From Lingula anatina (lineage: Eukaryota; Animalia; Brachiopoda), in the NCBI GenBank assembly GCA_051362555.1, contig CM120646.1, positions 18,848,001 to 18,912,000 on the forward strand: a stretch of DNA of 64,000 bases. Reading direction: 5' to 3'. Position 1 is the stretch's first letter; every line of letters begins with the position of its first letter. The notes under the pieces are model-generated. The model was not told where the DNA came from, did not search any database, and worked only from the letters and a program-made list of their open reading frames with translations. The translations under genes and the position numbers were made by a program. Below are positions 31,961-43,913 of the stretch, in pieces.

Positions 31961-32164
31961 TCAATACCAGCGTTATGGCTGTGTTGGTATCGAACCAAAG
32001 TTTGGATGAACGGACATAAACGGTAGCGCCGTACTCGGTGAATAAAGCTTCACTGAATTATCAATTTGAGCACGCTGACGAACGAGGCACATGGGCAAAG
32101 TTTAGGTCAACGTAACTTTGGGGCCAAAAAGGGTGTAGTCTGGTGAGACCCAGGCACCTGAGGC

Positions 32165-32250
32165 ACAGCTTAAATCTGACCACAACCAAGTGGTCACTTT
32201 GGGTTTTGCCATTATCGATGATTGGCAAAGATGATGTTGCTAGGGTCCAT
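32165..32250 (-). pseudogene. Degenerate fragment of dioxygenase exon 1
   Basis: Reads ATSSLPIIDNGKTQSDHLVVV, which aligns with STSKPCLPIIDYSKAKTDRLAVA. The nearby ATG (ATGGACCC) is out of frame and similarity stops after ~25 codons. Confidence 0.6.
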
Positions 32251-33511
32251 TTGACTTCAAAGTCGCTGAAAAATTGATATAGAAGTAAATTCTCTTTGCA
32301 TGGCGACGGAGTGATAGGAATCATGCATAAACTGAGTCAGTTTAATGAGCGACTCATGAGATATTACCAGTCCGTACTAAGCTATAGCGAGGGAGCAGAA
32401 AGGTGTAATTGAGGATCCAGCAAACGATGTCTTCTACATTTATATATAATGTATTATGCACTCAAAATTACAATGACAGATTTCCAAACAACGGCTATAA
32501 TAAGTTATAACCATTCCAATGTTTTTCAATATTTCAGTTTCTCACAAGACCTGGGAATAAACCTCTACCAGTAGCTTCTCTACCTAGGTAATAATTGTTA
32601 CTCTCTTATTTAGTTGTTGTTGTTATTTTGAGCGTGGTGAAGGGATTTTAATACGTGTAACCGTTATTATTTCATCATCCGAATTATTGCATAATATTCT
32701 TATCTGATCGTGCGGCTGGAGCGAACACCTGTTTCCTGCATAAATTTGCTTTACTTGTTGAACTGCTGTCGTTGATAACCACATTATGTACAGGTTAAAG
32801 TTCTGTGACTTAAAACACCTGTCCCAAGGAGATAGTATGATAAAGTCATAGGACAAGACGTGCGCGAGCATTGTAAATAACGATAAAACACTACATATAT
32901 AAAAGTGAAGTGACACAGCCAGACTTTTCAAATGTCACTAGAAACGCGCGCGATAGCGACAAAAGTCGAAATGTATTCAGCATGCACTTTAAGATTTATT
33001 ACATTGTATCATATAATTTCTATACACACAAAAACCTGACCGCGTGTCTTTACTTAAATTCGAACAATGAATAAAGAAAACTCAAAATTGAGAGCATTAA
33101 GTCCAACTGATAAGGGAGGGAAGCACGAGCATAAACATATTTAATACAGCAGGCAAGTCGGGCAAAGTAATGGCAAGAATTGCTTGGTTTTCTCTTATGT
33201 TGCTCGATTAACCTTTAAAGGGAGAGTCGAAAGGACGAAGGGGATAGGCCCAGAAGCTAATTAGGTAGGTCACGTGACTGCTGTGCCCTCCTCTGGGTGT
33301 ACCATTAAGTAAGAGGTACTGCGACGCTTGGTTTTCGCTAAAACTTTACATCTTTACATATTACCATGAAGACTACAAATTCTTCACCCATTCTGTATTT
33401 CGATGTTTTTCTTTCTCATAGCAGCCCTTCAACAGAGTTCTTATAAGTTTCTATTTTAAAACATATGTAAACACTAATTGTCTTCATACACCAAACATGC
33501 ACTGTATATTA

Positions 33512-33669
33512 CAGGGGCGGATTTAGGCCGTCTTCCGGAAGACGGTCAGATTTTCAAGTTTACATTGACAGGTATCTATTTTTTCTGTTGGAAAACGGTC
33601 AAAATTCGAGGATGGATCAACAAAGATAATTTGGAAGACTGACAGAAAATAGCTCTGGATCCGCCCCTG
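33512..33669. mobile_element. MITE, ~158 bp, TIR CAGGGGCGGAT, 5-bp TSD TATTA
   Basis: CAGGGGCGGATTTAG...CTGGATCCGCCCCTG flanked by TATTA on both sides; a homologous copy lies at 43914-44083. Confidence 0.88.
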
Positions 33670-33775
33670 TATTAACCATCTGTTTTGATAACAATGCAAC
33701 CTTTCGCGTTCATGTCTGGAAAAAAGACAGAGAGCGGGGTCTGGTGTGTTATTAGGCGTATCCCATATACCAAAG

Positions 33776-33878
33776 TGTTAATACAAATCTGTGCCTGCGT
33801 ACTCGGTGTTACTTTTGGCTTTACAGCGTTTGAGAGACCACAGTCCATACGTAGTGCACGTTGGGTCTGTGATCCACA
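33776..33878 (-). pseudogene. Duplicated 3'-terminal ~100 bp of dioxygenase copy 2
   Basis: Near-identical to 34440-34542 (TTAATACAAATCTGTGCCTGCGTACTCGG...GTCTGTGATCCAC), including the stop codon. Confidence 0.85.
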
Positions 33879-34442
33879 TGTCCACCGTACCAAAATTGAA
33901 ACTATCAGATCTCCAAAGACACCCATACCATGGAGACTGAAAACCTTTTAAAAACTTTAAGTGTGTTGTGATGACTTTTATTTTAATGTATTTTTTAAAT
34001 ATTCTTCGAGAACCGAATATTTTATTTCATCTTAACACTTTTTAAAATAACCAATTTTATTTATCTTATTTTATTTAGAGAAATAAACAATTTATATCAC
34101 TGTGCAATCCATCTATTATAGTTGAAAATGAACATTATTATTATTATTATCATTATTATTATTATTATTATATGTATCCCATATACCAAAAAAATATATA
34201 TCCTACATTCTAAATCTACTTTAAATAAGCACCAAAGTCCCACTTGGAAGAGCACAAAATACTCTTAGTTATAAAACATTTTAAAGTAGACAGTCCCTTG
34301 TCTCAAATATACTTTTTTTCAGCTGCATCCGACTGAAGTACATAGTACTTCACCTTGCATACCAAAAAGGTTGTAGTATTATCATCTTTATTTTTGCAAA
34401 AGGAATATTCAAGAGGCAGGGCGATTTAAGTTTAGGATAGTG

Positions 34443-36524
34443 TTAATACAAATCTGTGCCTGCGTACTCGGTGTTACTTTTGGCTTTATAGCGTTTGAGA
34501 GACCACAGTCCATACGTAGTGCACGTTGGGTCTGTGATCCACTTGTCCCCGTGTGACTTGTCCCCGACGAAAACCTTCGAAATATCAGCGTCGTAGCTCG
34601 GTTCCATGAAGAACGGCATCGAAATTCTCTGAACCCCAAGGTCAAGGACTCGGTGACGCGTGGCTTTCAATCTCCCGCCAGTCATGCGCGACAGGCACTC
34701 GCCAATGTTCATGATGAGGCTATTCGGGCGGCAGTCTACGGTCAGCCATTCAGTCATGGCGATGTTGTCGTCGTCCTTCTGTATCTGTAGTCCCGGGAAA
34801 TTAAACGCTGCCACCAGTGTCAGAAGGTCGCTGTCGGTGTGCTCATCACAGTGTAGCTTTTTCCCGTCAGACCCCACGGCGGCTTCCGGATGAGGACCTG
34901 TTCGCACCGGATACCGTAGCATGCGCATCGTGGACAGTGGTTTCTCAATCAAACAATCAAAGGCCGTTTCCTCCAGTCCTAAACCAAGGGCAATCATGTG
35001 GAGTATATCTTTACAAACTGCCGCCATTTTCTTCTGGTAGTTCTGAAGGTATTCCCGGAAAAAGTTTGGGCGGTCAGGGTCTTCTTCTGGCCACGTGACA
35101 TGCTCGTAGAGGAGCGTGCGCGTCATGACGGGGTCGTCTAGCGGAAGTTCGGCGCCGAACTCAAAACCCTCCTTATACGAGTTCCCCACTGGGTTCGCCG
35201 CGAAGAATCCGCGATAAACATTTTTACAGTTTGGATCGGGATTGTAGTTTTTGGTTCCAACCTAAAACAGAAGATAAACTTTAGCAGGAAAATTAATGGG
35301 TCTAAATCTTAAAATTAGGCAAAACTTGGAAGAAGGGTAAGGTAAAACCCAACTAATTTTTTGTGACGGCTAATATGTCTATTACTGTATCAACGGTTTT
35401 TTTGTTATCAAATGTTTGTTCAGTTTGGATGTCGGTTGTTACATTTTATGTCAACCTGGGATAGAAGGTATGAATTGACAGGTGTAATGCCTAAAATGTC
35501 AGACTGATATTATATTGTAAGCGGCATGTGTGCTACACGGCTGCTAGGTTATTTTCTTCCTTTCACCGAACATCTATGCCGCCCCCCCCCCTCCCCCAAC
35601 ACGTGCTCTATTCTCACAGTTGCAGGCAGATTTTTTTTACGTCACACTAAAACGCTATTATCGTTAAATGATACGGTGGCCTTGACGGAAGTAGGTTTAT
35701 TTTGACAGATCTGACACCAAACTGCCAGAAAAGCTCGGGCGGTCAGGGTCTTCTTTTTATTTGTCGGCACGGCATATTGTACAAATTGCCATTGGCTATA
35801 ATTGAAGAAATTTATTGGCACATGCAAATTATGAGACGAAGTCACCAATTAAGCTACTGCTATCAACCACTTTAAAAAGGGCTGCTGTTTAATACAGCCG
35901 TCCTAATGATTATTCACGAGAAAATAAATGCATTTTATCTGAAAACACTCCAATAATTATCAATTTTCATTGCAATTCTTGATCGTTCCTATCGCTGCTA
36001 GATTTCTCACTTTTGGCCCTTATCAACCATGTAAACCTCTCTCAGAACGTATTTATAAGTGACGGTTGCCTAAATGACGGCCTAGTGTGGTAAGTGCTGG
36101 TCACTCCTTTTTCTCAGGTTTCAAAGCCCCCTCCTCTCCTCTACATCCAACACCCCAAAGGTTAGGGGCCACAGGCCTTGCAGAATTCAAATCAAGATAC
36201 CTGTATTCTAAGTCGATCTGAGCCAAAACAAGTGCCTTTTGTTTCACGGACCATGGGCCTGAATGTTAAAATATGTCGGTCACATTCTTGTTAACGTGCA
36301 AGTAGGCCTATCCTACGTACCTTCCTTTTCCAAGCGTCCGGTTTAGAAAAGAACCACTCTGCCCTCTTCAGCAACTCCCACGGTTCAAAACAGTCCACGT
36401 TGTCAATGTAGGCGAAACCTCCATGCTCTAGCGCATCCACTAGCTCTTTAGCCACCGCCCGGCGGTCAGTTTTAGCCTTACTGTAGTCTATGATCGGCAA
36501 GCACGGCTTGGACGTGGAACCCAT
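34443..36524 (-). CDS. Isopenicillin-N-synthase-like 2OG-Fe(II) dioxygenase, copy 2 (340 aa); exons 36524-36321, 35261-34443
   Basis: Same motifs (HTD...H, RIS) and same intron position as copy 1; the frame is intact. Confidence 0.92.
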
Positions 36525-38128
36525 TCTATACCAGCGTTATGGCTATATTATTTGGGTATTGAATTATGGATCGAGTGAACAGACACACAGTGACGCTGTG
36601 TTCAGTGGAGTGCTCAAAATGCAAGGTAAACTGTCGATCACGACAGACTCCGCCTACCTTGTGACGTCACCAAGTTCTCGACAAGCCAAGGCAAACTTAT
36701 GGTGGGTCGCGTTCAGTTGCTTTCCTGACATTTTTTTTTTTTTTTTTGGGGGGGGGGGGGGGGCAGGGGGAGGGTAGGAAGGTTATACTTTCCATCTTCC
36801 GTCATTACAACATATTTTGGCCCGCACTCATCCTTGTGATACACTGTAGGTGGACCAAAACTCTTCTCCAAGCGGTCGCAAGCACGGTGTAGTTAGAGTT
36901 GTAGCTAGTGGTTTTGCTGTGTAGCATGACGGCTGTTTCTGTGGTAATTTAACATTCACTGTAACATTACTGTTACATCCCCCCCCTTTACAAGACACCG
37001 AGCTCGTTGTTTGTCCAGAAAAATTAGCTATACATGATTTTCAGTGACGAAAGTGGCTTTCATTGTGCTTTTTAATTATTTCTTGGAGTAAAGGACTCAG
37101 TAAAGAGAGGGTCGGTAAGTACCGGATAATTGTTAGGGCCCCCAGGAAAATAGGTCAATAATATTTATCTATTCGTTTATTTATTTACTTGCGCTTAAAG
37201 TCTGTTTGTTCATAATTTGCTTACTATACATGCAATACTTTATAATTCCTGCAATATTAATGTACTCGATATCACAAGAAGTGTATATATCACGTCGGGC
37301 GATGAATATCACGTTAATAACTAAAAGTGATGGGACGCAAACCACCTGTAAAACTCTGACAGCGGACCGCACTAGATTCTGACTCGAGACAGTAGTTGGG
37401 TATAATATCATTAATCCCCATAGCACGTTCAACAGGCTTAATCAGTAATAACTGGGGGGGGGGGGGGGGGGGCAAGGGCAGATAAGGGTCCGGTTTAGAG
37501 AAGAACCACTCAAGGGCAGATAAGGGAAAAAATAAGCTGCCTCACTCTGCTGCTCCACAGTTTAGTTTGCAGAATTCTCAATCCTGAAAACTTAAATGGA
37601 TTCCCACCGGAGCGCCTTCTCACTGCTCCATCAGTTTTTCTTTAAGCGTTTGAAATGTTCATCTGTGGTGCAGGTCGTACATATCACCTTCTTCTAACAC
37701 GTTGCAAAGCTAGACCATAACTGGTATTATCATTCCAGGAGAGCTTGTTTCTTAAATTATGCCGTCTAATATTTGTGACAGATTGGCCTTGAAATTGGCG
37801 AAGAAATAAAGAACTTCTCTGATGACCATAACATTGTTTATTTTCTTTTTTTTTCACTTCAACATGAAGATAAATCAGAAATGTAATTGAGTGTTCTATA
37901 AAAAAAAAAAAAGAAAGAAGGAAAGAAAGAAAGGTAAGAAGGTAACTGCACAGTATTAAAAACATGAATTGTAGTCGCACATACTGGCACATGTAGCTGG
38001 ATAAACTGGTAACGGAGAATCGACTAGAACAAAATGAATGAGTCTTCAAAAGGGCATCTGCATCTACATTTTTATCTTATGATGATTCAAAATATAATAG
38101 TAGGGCCTATATTCAATTCTGCTATAAC

Positions 38129-39618
38129 TTAGTAAAAATCTGCGTCTTTATATTCCGCATTTTTCTTGGTATTCTTCATTCGGTTGATCAACCAAGGACC
38201 ATACGTTGTGTTCGCCGAGTCAGTTAAATGTGAACCATCTTTCAATTTTGGCTCAATCAGAGCACGGGAAATATCAGCATGGTAGTTGGGCTCCAGAAAA
38301 AAGGCAACTGACATGCGCTCTACGCCAAGGTCCAGGACGCGATGACGCGTGGCTTTCAATCTCCCGCCAGTCATCTGCTGAAGGACGTCGCCTATATTCA
38401 TGACGAGCCCGTTCGGACGTGGAGTGACGTTTACCCAGTGGCCTTGCTCGTTCTGAATCTGCAGGCCTGCGTAGTTGAATGTAGCCAGTAAGGTCAGAAA
38501 AACTGAATCAGAATGTTCGTTGCAGTGGAGCGGGTGACCGTCGCAACCGTGAGCTACCTCTGGCGGCGTGTCGTAACGTCTTGGATAACGAATAAGCCTC
38601 AGGGTTGACAACGGTTTCTCGCTGAATATCCTCGTAAAAGAGTTTTCTTCAATTCCCAGACCAATTGCAATCAACTGCATGATGTCAATGCCGATCTCAG
38701 TCATGTTCTTGTAGTAGTCTGTCATATATTGACGAAACGTAGGTGAGGTGGCATCCTCCACCGGCCATAGATTTGGCTCATACAAAACGGTCATCTTCGA
38801 ATCTGGGTCGTCCCCAGGTAGATCTATGCCGATCTCGAAGCCTTCCTTGTAGGAACTGGCTTTGGGATCAACAGGAAAATAGCCGCGGTAAAGATTTTTG
38901 ACTTCGGGGTTCGGGTTCCAAACTTTAGTAGCCACCTGAGGTTAAAAGCAGAAAAGTAATAATTATTCAAATGCGCACTTCTCAACATGAATCACTTGTA
39001 TGCTAATGGCACATAATTTAGTTTAATTGCACGTAATGTAAAACAAATTTGACTTAATTCGAGGTCTCTGGAAAAATACGCAGAATCACAGAGAACGAAA
39101 AGTTAACGTTGTGGGGTCAAGTCTTTAAACAGAGCTCTCCTACTTTAAGAGGGTTGGCTCCCAAGACGGAATTATGTTGAGTAAATTGATAATTCTGGAA
39201 TTTTGTCACTTCAACACACAGTGCATGCTCTTTCTTCGTCCCAAATATGCGAATTAAATATAGCACAGGTGCTGGGTTTACCTTTGCCCCAATTTTATTG
39301 GGCATCAAATGGCTCACTAAACCGGGGCTATAACTGTAAGGTCAACACAAACACAGCTGTAAGAGAGAGAGAGAGTTTGAAAGAGAGAAGAAGAAAACAA
39401 CACACCTGTTTCTTCCACTGCTCAGGTTGCGTCAGAAACCAAGATGCCATTCGAAGCAACTCGGTGGAGTTAAACCCGGGCACGTTGTCTAAGTACACGA
39501 AGCCGACATGTTCCATAGCGTGTACAAGCTTGGCGGCAAGGCCCTCGCGGTCACTGTGAATCTTGGACAGATCGATGACCGGCAAAGAGTCCAAACTTAC
39601 TCCTTTCGGTGTCGTCAT
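38129..39618 (-). CDS. Isopenicillin-N-synthase-like 2OG-Fe(II) dioxygenase, copy 3 (339 aa, more divergent); exons 39618-39406, 38935-38129
   Basis: LPVIDLS...GFVYLDNV, YRGYF, HSD...H, RMS; phase-0 intron at the homologous position. Confidence 0.92.
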
Positions 39619-41502
39619 GTCGGTTGATATTCACTTGTTGACAACAAGCACTGCACTCAAAAATATTTTTGGTTATATAGATAACTTTGGAAGTTGGTTG
39701 CGAGTTGTGCTGATGCCTTTGATGCTTTGTCCACTTTATCAGGCGTAGGACCAAAATGGGTCGACGCACTTATTATGTACAGACGTATACTGGTAGTGAG
39801 TAGGCATATGTCATCCTATGTAGGGCCTGCTGGTCGCCGCAGTAAAGTCCGTCAATCTATCGTGACCTCATTAAAGGACATATAGTAAAAGGACTTGTGT
39901 TCAAAGGCGATAAATGATGCTTGGGTGGTAAGATGGAATATATAAAATATGTATGTGTTGCAATGAATTTATTGTGAAATTATGAATCTCGTACATGTAT
40001 GGACAGTTGATATTCTTTTTATTTACTGCGTCATAAACTGATTGAAAAGCAGGGAAAACTTGTAAATTGTCCAAGTTGGTTCGAAATCATATGTAAGCTA
40101 CTTTAGAAAAACACCCTGTCCTCTCTCTTTCAACATAACATTATATTTTGGTCTTTTTAAATTTTAAATTTTATTTTGGGGGAATTGTCAAACTTATTGA
40201 ACCCTCACGAATCGCATAGAAGTTTTTTTTTACATAATGGAAAGAGAATTGTTGATATCTCTTTTTCTCATTAGGTCTGAAACCCTAAATTTTTTCTCTT
40301 TCACATCATGCATATAGTAAGGCGAAAAAAAAAGGAAAAATGCCAATATTTCTAATTGCCTTTTAAAAGAATAAACGTATATTTGTGTTTATCTTTATAT
40401 AAAATTGAACAGTTCTCAAACGCCGCAAAACAACTCGCCATCATGATAAACTGGGTATTTTCGAATTTGTGCTTTCATTGAAGGTTTCAGTGTATTTTTG
40501 AATGAATGTCATTTCGTAAAAAATATCTCAACCCTATCATTGTTGATTATTCAACAAAACTATGATCCTCCCCTGAACCGACGTGCAATTTTTAAAAATA
40601 AAACTAACTGCACTACTTCTTGTCGCGGAGGTAACCCCAAAATCCCACCACCTTACAGATACAAGTAACGCCATTTCGAGCTGGAATAAGACGCAATGTT
40701 ATTGTTTAGTCTATTTTATATGTTAGTATAACAACAAAAATTAGGACGCAATGTCTATAGACCTATAGCGAAGACTGAAGCAGATGAAGACATGGGTCGT
40801 CAGTCCTCCCTTCAAAGGAAAAACATCTGCTCCTCATTGCAAAAGTGGCCTCCCGTTCCCCCAACACAAACGATGGGTGTATTTTGAGCAATGACCCAGG
40901 TCCCTGGTATCAGACATGCGGTGATAATCAAGGGCTCAAGACAGTTACTGTGGTGCATAATCCTGAAGTCAGGCAACGTGAGGCGATGCCATGATGCAAA
41001 TGCAATCAACTGACACGTGTATACATACAGTAACTAAGACCATCCTCTACTAGTCATAAAGTCAAATTTATCTGTCAATCTTTCTTTCATGATTATTCTA
41101 AATTTATCCATCTATATAATTCCCCATCGGTACGATGACTTTAAGAGCATGATTACATTGAAATGATTGCACTTCAAAAGATGTTGATATCATTTCCGTA
41201 ACTTTCTTTGAAACACCAATTGTTTTTTTTTTTCATGATAGTAGGCCAGCTTCCAGTGTTCCAGTAGAAAAGACTTTTGATCGTTGTGATCTCGTACGTT
41301 AAAATTTCAATTAATCCACTTTAAATATGTTAAGTACGACGCGAAATTACCACTTTAAAAGTATTAAACAACCCATACATCTGCGAAGTTACTAGGATTA
41401 TTTCTGCTTTACCCCCTACGAGTCGGATATGGCCGTTTATTCCACAGGTGCGCCCGACTAAAAAACAGACGGGTGTTGAGACAAAACATACCTTTGAATG
41501 AT

Positions 41503-41541
<39 letters not shown>

Positions 41542-42138
41542 GTTTATTTTCAATATTTACAGATTAGTATTTTGTAGCTACATATAGCACACAACGCTTC
41601 ATCAGTTTTCATACAGACAATATTTTAGCGCAAAGCATAAGAACTAATGGTAAGGTGTATTCCACGTGTATACATGTCATTCGTCACCATTATAAGTTCG
41701 ATTGGCACTTCGTAACAAAACGTTGCCAGTAATTTTATATACATATTTAAGATCAAACTCTGCGTCCCAAACAGCTTTAGAACTAAATAAACCATTTACA
41801 GTTGCTGATTAATATATAATAATATTAAAATGTACGGATCACACAAGATGATGCGTCTTTGGTCGACATTTATCACTCTCACCTTTAATGAGACTAACGG
41901 GAAAAAATCACGCCTTTTTTTGACAATAGTTTCATAGCAACAAAGACCTAGGAGATCGCTGTCGATTTGTTAGGTCTACGGGTGCTTTGGTTATTCTAAA
42001 TTGCACCAGAAAACCTGAACTGATTTGTGTAGTCAATAAATATGTGAACGAGTAACCCAATGTCACTCATCTTCCATCTTGTGGCTCCCTCTTTTGAGGA
42101 TTTTCTGTCGTCTGCATAAGGTCGTTTAGCAGCTCCAC

Positions 42139-43801
42139 CTAGCGGATGACACATCGCGTGGAATATCCGGTGAAGCACTGTCCGCAAGGTCTGCTGGTGT
42201 CTGCATGTTTCTTGATGGGGAACGGGTTAACTGTCATAAAGAAAATGCTAACACATTAACGATAACGAAGAAACACAGAGCTAGATACATCAAACAATAA
42301 TGTTCAAATATATTTTAATATATTCTTAAAAGAATATCAAAAAAAATTTTATCCAAATTTGCACAATAAATCACACTGAATTATGTTTTTGAAACTTTGA
42401 AGAAAGGAAGAAATATAAAAGTAAGGATTCCATGTTAGCTCTATAACTGACGCATCGAAACTTCAGTATTAATTTCAGTGCATAATCATAATGTATCAAT
42501 GCTGGATAAGAGATTTTTCTACTGGTAGGGTGTGGTGTTTGGTGGTGGTGGTGGTGGTGGTGGGGGGGGGGGGGGGGAGGGGCCTCACAACAACGGAATG
42601 GACCTGGTAGGAAATCAAATTCCTCCCTCATTTCACATAAGATGTTATATTTAAACTAAATAGGCCCAATTGTCTACGTGTTCATGACTATATTCAATTT
42701 CCTTCTTTTTTCCTGTGTGTACAGAATGTCAAATATCAAATCACCAAGGTAACACGACTTTACCGATAAAGTGTGATAGTTGTTACTTACCGATTCCTAT
42801 TTTGCCGTAGTATCTATACACTGGATAGTAGACAGAATCATCGGAGCAGCAGCGTCCACCAAAGTCAAGACAGGAGTGAGCATCTTTCACCATAGGACGA
42901 GAGCGCCCGATGCAGCAGTTCACTGGAAGCAGTATATATAAGATTTAATACTCTGTTTTCCTGGCAAAATATTCTATTCATTTAGGTTTCACTGTACCTG
43001 TATTAAAGCCAGTGTACTTTATCAGTTCTTAATTATAAGTCATGTGCACGTGCCCCCCCCAGAACCCCATCCCCTTAGCTTCTCAGGTACCTTTTTATCC
43101 CCCCCCCCCCAGAAAAATAGAAACCAGACCAAACCAAGCAATTTTTCATGTCTGTCCTCTATATGTCATTTTAAGATTGTCTTCGTCTATTGTATTATAT
43201 TTGCCGATCGAGTGCCTGCCTCACCTTTGTGTCTCTTGGCATACCATCTCTTCTTAGCGGGCTTAACACCTGCCTCCTTCATCGCGCCCGCCCCGTAAGC
43301 CGCAGTAAGCCACGAGTACGCTTCACGGGAAATAGACATACCTGGAAACGAGAGGAAAAGAATAAAATTGCATAAACATCCAAAGACTGCAGATGAATGT
43401 GTGACGATACTTCCTTCAGTTATATTTCCGCGCTGTTCGGAATGCGTACATTTAAATGTTCATAACCCTGTCTACTTGCGAGCCTATTGAACTGCTTGTT
43501 GGTTTGTGTTATCAGTTTGTTATAGTTTGGAGGACACAGTTTTATGTTATAATGTTAGCGAATATCGTTGTGCGACATCCAAGAAATTTTTAGTTGGTCA
43601 TTTCTGAATATGTGCCTACATGTACAAGCACGTGTGCGCATGTCTCCACATACCTCTTAGTGTGTAGGGAATAATTCGTTTTTTCTCCTCCAGAGTGCGC
43701 TCATCTCCACGTTCGTCTAATTCATCCTCACAAAATGAAAGGCAGAACAGAGAAGAGAGTATGGCGACCAGGAATACTGGCAACAGATGATTCAGGTCCA
43801 T
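42139..43801 (-). CDS. Secreted prepro-peptide, big-defensin-like with a non-canonical 8-Cys C-terminal domain (162 aa); exons 43801-43654, 43341-43225, 42922-42791, 42230-42139
   Basis: Three phase-1 GT-AG introns give one open frame: MDLNHLLPVFLVAILSSLFCLSFCEDELDERGDERTLEEKKRIIPYTLRGMSISREAYSWLTAAYGAGAMKEAGVKPAKKRWYAKRHKVNCCIGRSRPMVKDAHSCLDFGGRCCSDDSVYYPVYRYYGKIGIVNPFPIKKHADTSRPCGQCFTGYSTRCVIR*. It has a signal peptide, an acidic propiece, KKR sites and a Kozak-like CACCATGG. Confidence 0.82.
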
Positions 43802-43913
43802 GGTGAATCTGGAAGATGCGAAATTAATAGCGTTAATTAAGAGATGTTTGATAAAAATGATTTCGAAGAGGCTGACAAGACCATCGTTTTTAGAATGCTA
43901 AGTAGTGCTTATT

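Noticed and set aside
36075-36135. tRNA/SINE-like A- and B-box resemblance in the dioxygenase copy 2 intron
   Set aside because: Too degenerate; no cloverleaf can be drawn.
30029-39618. Bacterial contamination or a beta-lactam (penicillin) gene cluster
   Set aside because: The genes have spliceosomal introns and sit among animal genes, and no ACV synthetase/NRPS is present in the window.
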